Assembly: GCF_963921235.1 (NCBI RefSeq)
Contig: NC_086097.1
Location: 110,176,001-110,240,000, forward strand
Direction: 5' to 3'
Origin: Mobula hypostoma
Taxonomy: Eukaryota
DNA: 64,000 nt
The position numbers and the translations under genes are program-made. Of this stretch, positions 12,605 through 24,400 are shown piece by piece; the first letter of the stretch is position 1; each line of letters starts with the position of its first letter. A model generated the notes under the pieces. The model was not told the DNA's origin and searched no databases. It was given only the letters and a program-made list of their open reading frames with translations.

Positions 12605-15600
12605 CTGGACTCCAAAGTGTTTTCCATTTCTGCTGGTTCCTTAAACCGTCATAGGATCCCTATCAAAACTGGGGCCTGCGTCCAAGATATGAACAAATTG
12701 GTTGAGGGACTTATTTGAATTGATTGGGGGAAAATCCCTTTTGATTTGGTTGTGTGGAAAAACAGCAGAAATGGATGTTAGGAAATGTCTGGCATTGCCA
12801 AACCCTGTGGCCTTGAAGAGAGCTAAAAAGGATGAGTTGTGGGAAATTGTTGAGGAACTGGAACTTAAGACGGTAAAGAAGGGTATGACTAAGGTAGATA
12901 TTCAAAGAAAAATAGTTGAATATTATATTTCGATGAAGCAATGTACTGAGGATGTGTTGAAAATGTTTGCTGAAGGTAAAGCACTTTCTGAGGCTGAGCT
13001 TCAGCTTCAGTTGGAAAAATTAAAAGTGGAGCGTGAGTTGCAACTGAAACAGCTCGAGGCAGAAGAGGCAGACAAATGGAGAGAAGAGGCAGACAAACGG
13101 AGAGAAGAGGCAGAAAGACAGAGATAGTTCGAGAGGGAGTTGTGGCAGCTGGGAGGTCCAGTGTTGGACCCTGATGATTTTTACAGCTCGGAAGGGCTTG
13201 TGTTGTTTGATGAATTTAAAAGTTGTGTCCCCTATGATGTAAGGGCATACCTGGATGAAGAGGATGCCGCCACCCTGCGGGGGTCTGTTAAGACAGCAGA
13301 CGAGTTTGTTTTAACCCACGAGGTTGAGTTTACTCCAGATGAGCGTTACCCAGAGAGTAGCTGGGAGGTTCGGGGTGACCTTGAATTTGAAACTGAGACA
13401 AGTGATGAAAGCCCAGAAGAGACAACGGGCCCAATTGCCTGTATTCAGGTTGTTGAAATACCTGTGGATTCACAGGGTGCTGAACCTTGTGTTGAAGCTC
13501 AGTTAAAGTCTGAGATGTCTGACTTGGTTGGAAAGGAAGGTAGTTCATTTGCGTCAGATGATCTTGGTTCAGTGCATAAGGGGTTAACCTTGGTACCAGT
13601 GGAGATTGAGGATTCTCAGTCACTTGTATTAGACAGTGTGCTAAAAATTAGTGATGAGATTTAAAATTGGTGAAGTAAATGTTACTGAAGATATTGAAAA
13701 AAGTGTTGTTTCTGGACTTTTGAATAAAGTACTTGTGAAGGTTGGATTGGTTTTGTGACCTTTGACCCTGTTTTCAGGACACAGGCCTGCTGAGGAAGTA
13801 TGTGCCACTCTGTAGAATTTTGTTTTGACATTTGGAGGTAAACACCTTCAAGGTTATGATGTTATTCACGATGATGTTGTGGAGAAGAAGAGTTGTTATG
13901 GTTTTGAGACGCCATTGATGGAAGTTGCTATGGAGACAGGTCAGAATAAAGTTCGTAGGAATGAGATAAATAGATTGTTTGGCCTCTTCCACAATATACA
14001 CATGGTTTTTATAAGTCTGGTGATAATGCTAAGTTTAGTAAACAATGTGGGGAGGTTGACACCTCTCCAAGGTGATGGTGTGTCTTCACCAGTTCAGGTG
14101 ACAAGCAAAGCTGTTGCAAATGATCCACACAGAAAGACTAATGTTTATCCCACATGCGCAATTACTTGAAGCATGTTTAGAAAGTCTGCTGAGGCCCCTG
14201 ATAGCAAAACCAGGGGTTTAAAGTATGATGATGTGTCACAGACTTTTCTATCTTCCATATTCCAGCAGGACTTAGAGGATAGTAAAGCTGATGAGAGTAA
14301 GGAGGATGAGAAAGGTTTGTCCTTATTGAGGAAAGAATTTATAGAGGAACAGAATAAAGATTCTGAAATGGTGGCTTTATAGGAGACAGCTCTCATAGAG
14401 GAGGGGTTCAGAGAGAGTCAGTGGGATATTATCTTAAAGATGGGGTGTTGATGAGCAAGTGGAGACCAGCCACTGTGCCTGCAAGTGAGGATTGGGCTAT
14501 TGTTCATCAGGTCATGGATCCGAAAGTTTACAGGGCTGAAATTTTAAACATGTCTGATAGTATGCCTTTAGGTGGACATTTTGGAGTGAGAAAGACAGTG
14601 AACAGGATTATGAAGGAATTCTAGTGGCCTAATTTAAGAAAGGATGTTATGAATTTTTGCAGGACTTGCCATACCTGCCAGGTTGAGGGGAAACTTAATC
14701 AGGTTATTCAAGTAACGCCACTTAAACCGATACCTGCTTTTGGTGAACCTTTTTCTGGGGTCATAATGGATTGTGTAGGCCCATTGCTAAAGACAGCAGC
14801 TGGTCATCAGTATGCGCTAACAATTATGTGTGCTGTGTCTAGGTTCCCTGAAGCGGTGCCTCTCGGAAATACAAGGCCAAGACTATGGTAAAAGCATTCA
14901 GTAAGTTTTTCACACTGTTAGGTCTGCCCAAAGAAATTCAATTTGACCAGGGTAGTAACTTTACTTTGAGAACATTCCAGGGGATAGTTGGAGAACTGGC
15001 AGCTATGCACATTGGGTCATCTGCATATCACACAGAGTCGGAGGGAGCCTTGGAACGGTTCAACTCCACTCTTAAGACCATGATCAAAACATATTGTGTG
15101 AAAAATGGGAAAAATTAGGATGAGGGAGTACCCCTATTCTTATTTGCTGTTGGAGATACGATTCAAAAATCATTGGAGTGTAGTCTGTTAGAACCTGTGT
15201 TCGGTCACAGGCCGAAAAGACCTTTGACCCTTCTCAGAGAACTGTGGTCTGATTTGAAACTATGGGTCAATATGCGGGAGAGACTTAACAAAGTTTGTGA
15301 CCTGGCAAAACAAAATTTGCAAAACTCCCGAATTAAAATGGAACATTGGTTTGATAAGGTAGCACCCGTGGGTACTGTTAGGAAAACAAAGGAAGTCGTA
15401 AAGGCTGGGAATGAGGCGAAAAATCATTTTAACCCGCTGAATCTAGTATCAACAAGATTTAAGAATTCCATTGTTTCAAAAAATATTACTGATAAGGTCC
15501 ATCAGTTGGAACCTACACCGCAAAAATAATTAAAGGAATTAATCAGCAAGCATAAAGATTTATTCCCTGACATGCCAAGATGGTGTACAGCAAACGTGCA

Positions 15601-17676
15601 TGACGTCATTGTAACTTCAGCCCAGCCCATCAAAGAGCATCCTTACAGAATGAATTTAGAGGGAATTGAAAGGGTTAAACAAGAAATTGGAAACAAGAAG
15701 GAACAAAGAAAGAGAGTGGATGACTGTATTGATAAAGTGGGGAAGACTAAATACCTTACAAAAATTGACTGGTTAAAAGGATACTGGGGTGTTCTTTTAA
15801 CAGAGAGAGCTGAAGAAATATCAGCATTTGTGACACCATTGGGACTGTATGAATACAATGTTTTACCGTTCTGGATGAAAAATGCTCCAAGGACATTTCA
15901 AAGAATGATCAATTCTGTGATTAAAGTTTTAGAAAACACAGGGGCTTATACCGATGATTAAGTAATCTGGAATGACATGTGGGAAGAGCATATTTCAGGG
16001 GTAGAAAAACTGTTTGACAGACTTTCTAAGGCCAATCTTACTGTGAACCTCGCTAAAAGTGAGTTTGGTCATGCCACAGTTACATTGCTGGGCTACGTAT
16101 TAGGCCAGGGCCAACTGGTTCCTAGACAGGCCAAGGTTCAAGCTGTTGCTGAGGTTCCTTTTCCGACCAGCAAGAAAGCTTTGAGAAGGTTTTTGGGAAT
16201 GGTTGGGTATTATGGTAAGTTTTGCAAGAACTTTGCTGACATCGCTCTCCCCCGAACAAAACTCCTCGGGAAGAGTGAAAGATTTGTATGGAGTGATCTT
16301 TACCAGGAGGCATTTGAATACCTGGAAACCATTCTGTGTTATTATCCTGTACTCAAAGCACCTGATTTTTCAAAACCATTCTCTATAGCAACAGATACTA
16401 GTGACAAAGCTGCTGGGGCAGTACTGTTACAGAAGGGGCAAGGACAACATTGAACACCCAGTAGCTTCTTTCTCAAAGAAACTTAATGAGCATCAGAAAA
16501 ATTACTGCACTGTTGAAAAGGAATTGCTAGCACTTATTCTGGCCTTACAACATTTTGAGGTCTATGTTTGTCCTGCCTGGAGACCACTTGTGGTTCACAC
16601 AGATCACAATCCGTCGGTGTTCCTAACTAAGATGAAGGATAAGAATAGAAGGTTAGTAAACTGGAGTCTGATATTGCAAGAATATGACCTGACAATCAAA
16701 CATGTGAAACAATATTATAACTGATTGTTTTCCAGATGTTAAGTTAGAAATTGTACACATTTTTGCTCTGCTGTCTGATGATTATACATGCATTGTTTCA
16801 AACTCTGTAATTTACACTTGAACTCAAAATTGTGCCTTCGTCAAAATTTTTCTAAATGGAAGGGGGTGTGACAGGATCCTGAATTACCACTATGAATTGT
16901 GCTTTGAAAACGAGAGAGAGAGAGAAAGAGAGTTATTCAACACCAGACACCTTGTTAAAAAGAGAGAGAAAGGAAGAGACAGAGAGGTGAAGACTGCTCA
17001 CAGTTTGTTTATACTTTCTGCAAGGACACTAGCAGCTTCCAAGTTCATACCGTGAGAGAAGGGAGGAGCTACTTGATGGATAGCTAGTATTCAGCACAGT
17101 GAGTTAAATAGAAGATCAACTGTTAGACCTAGAGGCACATGGTTTTGGACACTGAATGAATTTAGTTGAACCCACAGAAAAGGTGGGTTTTGGAAGATAG
17201 ATCAGTGGCTCTCGCAACCTGAAAAGGTGTGACCGGTGGGCAGTTATACATGTGTCCAACCCTTGCCTGGGTTGATAATTCCACCACAGAAGAACAGTCC
17301 CCTCTGTGGTGGTCACAGTCGGTGACTTCTAAAGGAACTCAGAGGACAATGGGAAGATCGACGACATCAGCTCACCTGAAGACTCAAATCTTTCCCACTC
17401 TCTCCCTCCATCACTACTCAACTAAATACCACGAACTGAACTGAACTTTACTCATCATCGTAAGACTATCTATTTACCCCTATACTTGAAGAAGCTTGGT
17501 TTTCATATACTTCCACACTTACTTATATATAATCATTGCTAACCTGTTTTGTATATCTGCATTTATATTACTGTATTTCATAGTTACTAATAAATACTAT
17601 TAGTTAATAGCAATACTGGACTCCGAAGTGTTTTCCATTTCTGCTGGTTCTTTAACCCATCACAGGGAACATGACA
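12605..17676 (+). mobile_element. Gmr1-type Gypsy element B (decayed): 5' LTR remnant, PBS, gag, integrase, RT, RNase H, PPT, 3' LTR (16867-17676)
   Basis: LTR remnant at 12605-12665, then a degenerate tRNA-Pro-like PBS TGGGGCCTGCGTCCAAGAT. Gag reads FDEFKSCVP..ADEFVLTH. Integrase (GGHFGVRKT, CRTCHTCQ, DQGSNF, SAYHTESEGALERF) at about 14.4-15.2 kb precedes RT/RNase H at about 15.6-16.7 kb. PPT AAATGGAAGGGGG is followed by TGTGACA...ATGACA. Confidence 0.92.
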
Positions 17677-18280
17677 CCCCTCCATCTCGACAAGTCTGTT
17701 ATACCCCTCCATCGACACAAGTTTGTTACTCCTCTCCATCTACACAAGTTTGTTACACCGCTCCATCGACACAAGTTGTACCCCTCCATCTGTACAAGTT
17801 TGTTCTACAATTCCATCTGAACAAGCTTGCTACACACCTCCATCTACACAAGTTTGTTACACCCTTCCATCTTTACAGGATTGTTATACCTCTCCATCTG
17901 CACAACTTTCTTATACACCTCCATCTGTACAGGTTTCTTTCACACCTCCATCTGTACAAGTTTGTTACACCCCTCCATCTTTACAGGATTGTTACAGCCA
18001 TCCACCTTTACAAGTTTTTTATACCCCTCCATCTGTACAAGTTTGTTATACCCCTCCATCTGTAGAAGTTTTTTATACCTCTCCATCTGTACAAGATTGT
18101 TCTACCCCTCCATCTGTAGAAGTTCTTTATACCTTTCCATCTGTACAAGATTGTTCTAACCCTCCATCTGTACAAGTTTGTTATACCTGTCCACCTGTAC
18201 AAGTTTGTTCTACCCCTCCACCTGTACAAGTTTGTTATATCTCTCTATCAACACTACTTTGTTATATCCCTCCATCTGTA
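17677..18280. repeat. 27-bp satellite, block 3 (CCCCTCCATCTG variant)
   Basis: Same core and period. Confidence 0.95.
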
Positions 18281-19179
18281 TGTCATAAGGTGGAGGCTGG
18301 GAACAGACCCAAGTGCAAGACACAGACACTGAAGTGCTAGGGACAGGACTAGGATACAAGGTGAGGGCTAGGACATGGACATGAAAACCAGGAACCCGGA
18401 ACAGGACCGGACAAGAGAGCTAGGAGCCCGAGCTTGGACTCCGAGCCAGAGACTGGACAAAGATCCAGAACCTGGGTCTTGACTCTGGCTTGGACCCCAG
18501 AACTAGGCAAGGACATGACTTGGCTGGCAGCCAGGACAAGGCTGGAGTCTTCAGACTTGAGGTGAGGCTTGAGACCAGAGGCTTGAGGTGAGGTTTGAGA
18601 CCAGAGACTTGAGGCGAGGCTTGAGACCAGAGACTTGAGGCAAGGTTTGAGACCAGAGGCTCGAGGTGAGGCTTGAGACCAGAGACTTGAGGCTTGAGGT
18701 CTTGAAGCTCCTCCTGGGCAGGGCGTGGTACTCCACCCAATGGAGGCAAGGGACAGGAAGGGACAGAACCAACTGTAGGTAACAGCAAGATGGCCTGGCT
18801 TACCCGACAGAGGCAAGGAACAAGAAGGGACAGAACCAACTGCAGGTAACGGCAAGACGGCCTGACTTAACAGGCGGAGGCAAGGGACAGGAAGGGAGAT
18901 AGGTACAGGGTGGCTCCAAGACAAGACTACAGGTGAAGCAAGGCAAGAGTTACCGGCAAGACAAGGCAGGGCTTCAGGCGAGAAAACAGAAGGCAGAGGA
19001 AGGGATACAAGGACTGAGGACAAGAACAATCCAGCAGCCACGCGCTGGTCTCTGGAGGTATTTATGCAGCCAGCCACAATGAGAATCAGCTGCCTCAATT
19101 AGTGCTCAACAGGAACAGAAACAGGGTAGACAGGAAAATCTGGAGCAAGGGTCAATGGACCGGACCGTGAAGTATGACA
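18281..19179 (-). mobile_element. Solo LTR (Gypsy-like) with internal tandem repeats
   Basis: Perfect 7-bp terminal inverted repeats TGTCATA...TATGACA and a 5-bp TSD CTGTA (18276-18280, 19180-19184). Internal 26-bp repeats at about 18553-18690. Strand is inferred from a TATA-like CATAAATA on minus. Confidence 0.88.
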
Positions 19180-19192
19180 CTGTACATGTTTT

Positions 19193-19924
19193 TTTAAAGA
19201 AAGGGGCTTCCCTTCCTCCACTATCAACTCTGCTCTTAAACGCATCTCCCCCATTTCACGTACATCTGCTCTCACTCCATCCTCCCACCACCCCACTAGG
19301 AATAGGGTTCCCCTGGTCCTCACCTACCACCCCACCAGCCTCCGGGTCCAACATATTATTCTCCGTAACTTCCGCCACCTCCAACGGGATCCCACCACTA
19401 AGCATATCTTTCCCTCCCCGCCTCTCTCTGCATTCCGCAGGGATCGCTCCCTACACAACTCCCTTGTCCATTCGTCCCCCCCATCCCTCCCCACTGATCT
19501 CCCTCCTGGCACTTATCCGTGTAAGCGGAACAAGTGCTACACATGCCCTTACACTTCCTCCCTTACCACCATTCAGGGCCCCAAACAGTCCTTCCAGGTG
19601 AGGCATCACTTCACCTGTGAGTCGACTGGGGTGATATACTGCGTCCGGTGCTCCCGATGTGGCCTTTTATATATTGGTGAGACCCGACGCAGACTGGGAG
19701 ACCGCTTTGCTGAACATCTACGCTCTGTCCGCCAGAGAAAGCAGGATCTCCCAGTGGCCACACATTTTAATTCCACATCCCATTCCCATTCTGACATGTC
19801 TATCCACGGCCTCCTCTACTGTAAAGATGAAGCCACACTCAGGTTGGAGGAACAACACCTTATATTCCGTCTGGGTAGCCTCCAACCTGATGGCATGAAC
19901 ATTGACTTCTCTAACTTCCGCTAG
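19193..19924 (+). CDS. Penelope-like ORF C-terminus: Cys-rich linker + GIY-YIG endonuclease (5'-truncated, no start codon)
   Basis: Stop-free frame FKERGFP...PLVLTYHP...CKRNKCYTC...VIYCVRCSRCGLLYIGETRRRLGDRFAEH...EQHLIFRLGSLQPDGMN..NFR*. Confidence 0.9.
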   Translation, partial: FKERGFPSSTINSALKRISPISRTSALTPSSHHPTRNRVPLVLTYHPTSLRVQHIILRNFRHLQRDPTTKHIFPSPPLSAFRRDRSLHNSLVHSSPPSLPTDLPPGTYPCKRNKCYTCPYTSSLTTIQGPKQSFQVRHHFTCESTGVIYCVRCSRCGLLYIGETRRRLGDRFAEHLRSVRQRKQDLPVATHFNSTSHSHSDMSIHGLLYCKDEATLRLEEQHLIFRLGSLQPDGMNIDFSNFR

Positions 19925-20217
19925 GCCCCACCTCCCCCTCGTACCCCATCTGTTACTCTTTTTAATGCACACATTCTTTCTCTCACTCTCCTTTTTCTCT
20001 CTCTGTCCCTCTGAATATACCTCTTGCCCATCCTCTGGGTCACCCCCCCCCCGTCTTTCTTCCCGGACCTCCTGTCCCATGATCCTCTCGTATCCCCTTC
20101 TGCCTATCACCGGTCCAACTCTCGGCTCCATCCCTCCCCCTCCTGTCTTCTCCTATCATTTTGCATCTCCCCCTCCCCCTCCAGCTTTCAAATCCCTTAC
20201 TCACTCTTCCTTCAGTT

Positions 20218-20253
20218 AGTCCTGACGAAGGGTCTCGGCCTGAAACGTCGACT
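20218..20253 (+). ncRNA. Minimal type I hammerhead ribozyme of the Penelope terminal repeat
   Basis: AGUC-CUGACGA-A-GGGU(CUCG)GCCU-GAAA-CG-UC-GACU: intact core boxes, stem I AGUC/GACU, stem II, palindromic ACGU in place of stem III. Confidence 0.88.
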
Positions 20254-21253
20254 GCGCCTCTTCCTATAGATGCTGCCTGGCCTGCTGCGTTCACCAGCAA
20301 CTTTGATGTATGTTGACTGTACATGTTTGTTATACCTCTCCAGTTACACAACTTTCTGATACCCCTCCATCTACACAACTTTGTTACACCCCTCCATCAA
20401 CACAAGTTTGCTAAGGCGCTCCCTATACAGAAGTTTGTTTTATGCCTCCATCTACACAAGTTTGATATACCCCTCCTCTACACAAATTTGTTATACCCCT
20501 CCATCTGTACAAGTTTGTTACACCCCTCCATCTAAACAACTTTGTTATACCCCTCCATCTACACAAGTTTGTTATAACCCTCCATCTGTACAAGTTTTTT
20601 ATACCCGTCCATCTATACAAGTTTGTTACACCCCTCCATCTGTACAATTTTGTTATACCTGTCCATCTGTACAAGTTTGTTATAACCCTCCATCCATACA
20701 AATTTGTAATGCCCCTCCATCTGTACAAGATTCTTACACCCCTCCATCTGAACAAGTTTGTTACACCTGTCCACGTTTGTTCTCCACCTGCATCTGTACA
20801 AGTTTGTTACACCCCTCCATCTGTACAAGTTTGTATTGCCCCCCATCTACACAAGCTTGCTATACTGCTCCATCTACAGATGTTTGTTTTACCCCTCCAT
20901 TTGTGCAAGTTTGTTACACCTGTCCATCTGTACGAATTTGTTATACCCCTGCATCTGTAGAAGTATGTTATAGCCTTCCATCTGTAAAAGTTTGTTAAAC
21001 CCGTTCATCTACACAAGTTTCTTATACCCCTCCACCTACACAAGACTGTTACACCCCTCCATCAACACAAGTATGTCTTACCTGTCCACCTGGACAAGTT
21101 TGTTGTACCCCTCCATCTACACAACTTTGTTATACCCCTCTATTTGTACAAGTTTTTTATACTCTTACATCTACGCAAGTTTGAACTACCCCTCCATCTG
21201 TAAAAGTTTGTTATACCTCTCAATCTGAACAAGTTTGTTATACAGCTCCATCT

Positions 21254-21455
21254 TCAGATTAGATTAGATTATGAGGACACTCAGTCCTCATTTATTGTCA
21301 TTTAGAAATGGATGCATTAAGAAATGATACAGTGTTCCTCCAGAATGATATCACCGAAACATAAGACAAACCAAGTCTAAAACTGACAAAACCACATAAT
21401 TATAACATATAGTTACAACAGTGGAAAGCAATACCGTAATTCAATAAAGAACAGA
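21254..21455 (-). mobile_element. Non-coding retroposon, copy 3 (5'-truncated, 3' 200 bp only)
   Basis: AGATTAGATTAGATTATGAGGACACTCAGTCCTCATTTATTGTCATTTAGAAATG matches 6886-6935. Confidence 0.9.
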
Positions 21456-24400
21456 ATTTGTTATGCCCCTCAAAATGTACAAGTTTCTTTCACCCCTCCA
21501 TCTGTGCAAATTTGTTGTACCCCTTCATCTGTACAAGTTTGTTATACCCTTCCAACTATACAGGTTTGTTACACCCCTCCATCTGTACAAGTGTGTTGAA
21601 CCTGTCCACCTGTATAAGTTTGTTATACCCCTCCATCTACGCAAGTTTCTTCTACTCCTCCATCTGTAAAAGTTTGTTATACGCCTCCATCCGTACAACT
21701 TTGTAATACCTCTCCATCTACACAAGTTTGTTCCACTCTCCATCTGTACAAGTTTGTTATACCCTTCCATCTGTGCAAGTTTGTTATATCCCTCCATCTA
21801 CACAAGTTTGTTATACCCCTTCATCTGTACATGTTCGTTATAACCCTTCATTTGTACAAGTTTGTTATACCTCTCATTCTGTACAAGTTTTTTATACCGC
21901 TCCATCTGTACAAGTTTGTTACACCCCTCCATCCACACAAGTTTGTTAAACCCCTCCATCCACACAAGTTTGTTACACCTCTCCATCTACACAAGTTTGT
22001 TACACCCCGCCATCTGTACAAGTTTGTTACACTGTCCACCTGTACAAGTTTGTTATATCCCTCCATCTGTACGAGTTTGTTTACACCCCTCCATCTGTAC
22101 AAGTTTGTTTTCCCCCTCTATCTGCACAGGTTTGTTATACCCCTCCATCTGTAAAAGTCTGTTAAATCTGTCCATCTGTAAAAGTTTGTTCTACTATTCA
22201 TCTGCACAAGTTTGTTAAACCCCTCCCTCTGTCCAAGTTTGGTATTCCCCTCCATCTGTAGAAGTTTGTTATACACTTCCATCTGTACAAGTTTGTTATA
22301 CCCCTCCATCTGTACAATTTTTTATACCCCTCCATCTACACAAGTTTGCTATACCCCTCCAACTACACCAGTTTGTTACACCCCTCTATCTACACAAGTT
22401 TTTTGGTACCCCTCCATCGGTACAAGTTTGTTATGCCACTCTATCTGTACAAGGTTGTTACACCTCCTCTTCTGTGCAGATTTGTTATAACTGTCCACCT
22501 GTACAAGTTTGTTATACCCCTCCATCTGTACAAGTTTGTTATACCCCTCCATATGTAAAAGTTTGTTATACACCTCCATATTTGCAAGTGTTTTATATCC
22601 CTCCATCTACACAAATTTGTAATACCCCTCCATCTGTACAAGTTTGTTATACGCCTCCATCTTTACAAGTTTATTATGACCCTCCATCTGCACAAGTTTG
22701 TTATACACACCCATCTGCACAAGTTTGTTATACCATTCCATCTACACAAGTTTATTATGCACACCCATCTGCACAAGTTTTGTTACACCCCTCCATCTAC
22801 ACAAGTCTGTTATACACCCCCATCTGCACAACTTTTTTACTCTCCTCCATCTATACACGTTTGTTATCGCCCTCCATCTGTACAAGTTTGTTTTCCCCCT
22901 CAATCTACACAAGTTTGCTATACCCCTTCATCTACACAAGTTTGTTACAACCCTCCATCTGTACAAATTTGTTATACTCCTCCATCTGTAAAGGTCTGTT
23001 AAACCCGTCCATCTCGACAAGTTTGTTCTACCCTTCATCTGCTCATGTTTGTTACACCCCTTCATCTGTACAAGCTTGTTACACACCTCCATCTGTTCAA
23101 GTTTGTTATGCCCCTCCATCTACACAAGTTTGTTACACCTCCTCTTCCGTACAAGCTTGTAATAACTGTCCACATGTACAAGTTTGTTATACCCCTCCAT
23201 CTGTACGTTTTTTCCACCCTCCATATACACAAGTTTCTTATACCATTGCATTTGTACAAGTTTGCTATACACCTCCATTTATACAAATTTGTTACACCCC
23301 TCCATCTGTACAAATTTGTTATACCTCTCCCTGTGCACTAGTTTGTTACGAACCTCCATCTACACAAGTTTGTTATACCCCTCCATCTACACAAGTTTGT
23401 TTTGCCCTTCCATCTGTACTTACCCTTCTACTATTCCATCTGTAAAAGTCTGTTAAACCCATCCAACTGTACAAGTTTGTTCTACCCTTCATCTGCACAC
23501 ATTTGTTACACCCCTCCATATGTAAAAGTTTGTTATACATCTCCATCCTTGCAAGTTTTTATATCCCTCCATCTACACAAATTTGTAATACCCCTCTATC
23601 TGTACAAGTTCGTTATACCCCTCCATCTGTACAAATTTGTTATACCCTTCCATCTATGCAAGTTTGTTCACCTACTTCATCTGTAAAAATTTGTTATACC
23701 ACTCCATCTGTACAAGTTTGTTATACATCTCCATCCTTGCAAGTTTTTTATATCCCTCCATCTGCACAAATTTGTTATACCCCTCCATCTGTACAGGTTG
23801 GTTACACCATTCCATCTATACAAGTTTTTATACCCTTCCGTCTACACAAGTTTGTTATGCCCCTCCATCTGCACAAGTTTGTTATGCCCCTCCATCTGCA
23901 CAAGTTTATTACACCCCTCCATCTGTACAAGTTTGTTACACCCCTCCATCTGGACAAGTTTGGTATTTTCCTCCATCTGTTCAAGTTTGTTACACCACTC
24001 CATCTGTACAGGTTTGTTATACTACTCCATCTACACAAGTTTGTTGCACTCCTCCATCTACACAAGTTTGCTACACCCCTCCATCTGTGCAAGATTGTTA
24101 CACCCCCTCCATCTACTCAATTTTGTTATACCCCTCCCCCTGTACAGGTTGGTTACACACTTCCATCTGCACAAATTTTTATACCCCTCCTGCTACACAG
24201 GTTTGTTATACCCCTTCAGCTGTACAAGATTGTTATACCCCTCCATCTGAAAAAGTTTGTTACAACCGTCCATCTGTAGAAGTTTGTTATGCCCTTCCAT
24301 CTGAACAAATTTGTCATACCCCACCATCTGCGCAAGTGTGCTACAATCCTCCATCTACACAAATTTGTTACCCCCTTCCATCTAGACAAGTTTGTTACAC

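Larger units (their letters stand above)
19192..20315 (+). mobile_element. 5'-truncated Penelope-like element, young
   Basis: GIY-YIG ORF, pyrimidine-rich 3' UTR and hammerhead motif. 13-bp TSD ACTGTACATGTTT (19179-19191, 20316-20328). Confidence 0.95.

Noticed and set aside
18349..19098. 249-aa minus-strand ORF
   Set aside because: It lies wholly inside a solo LTR and is built from its tandem repeats.
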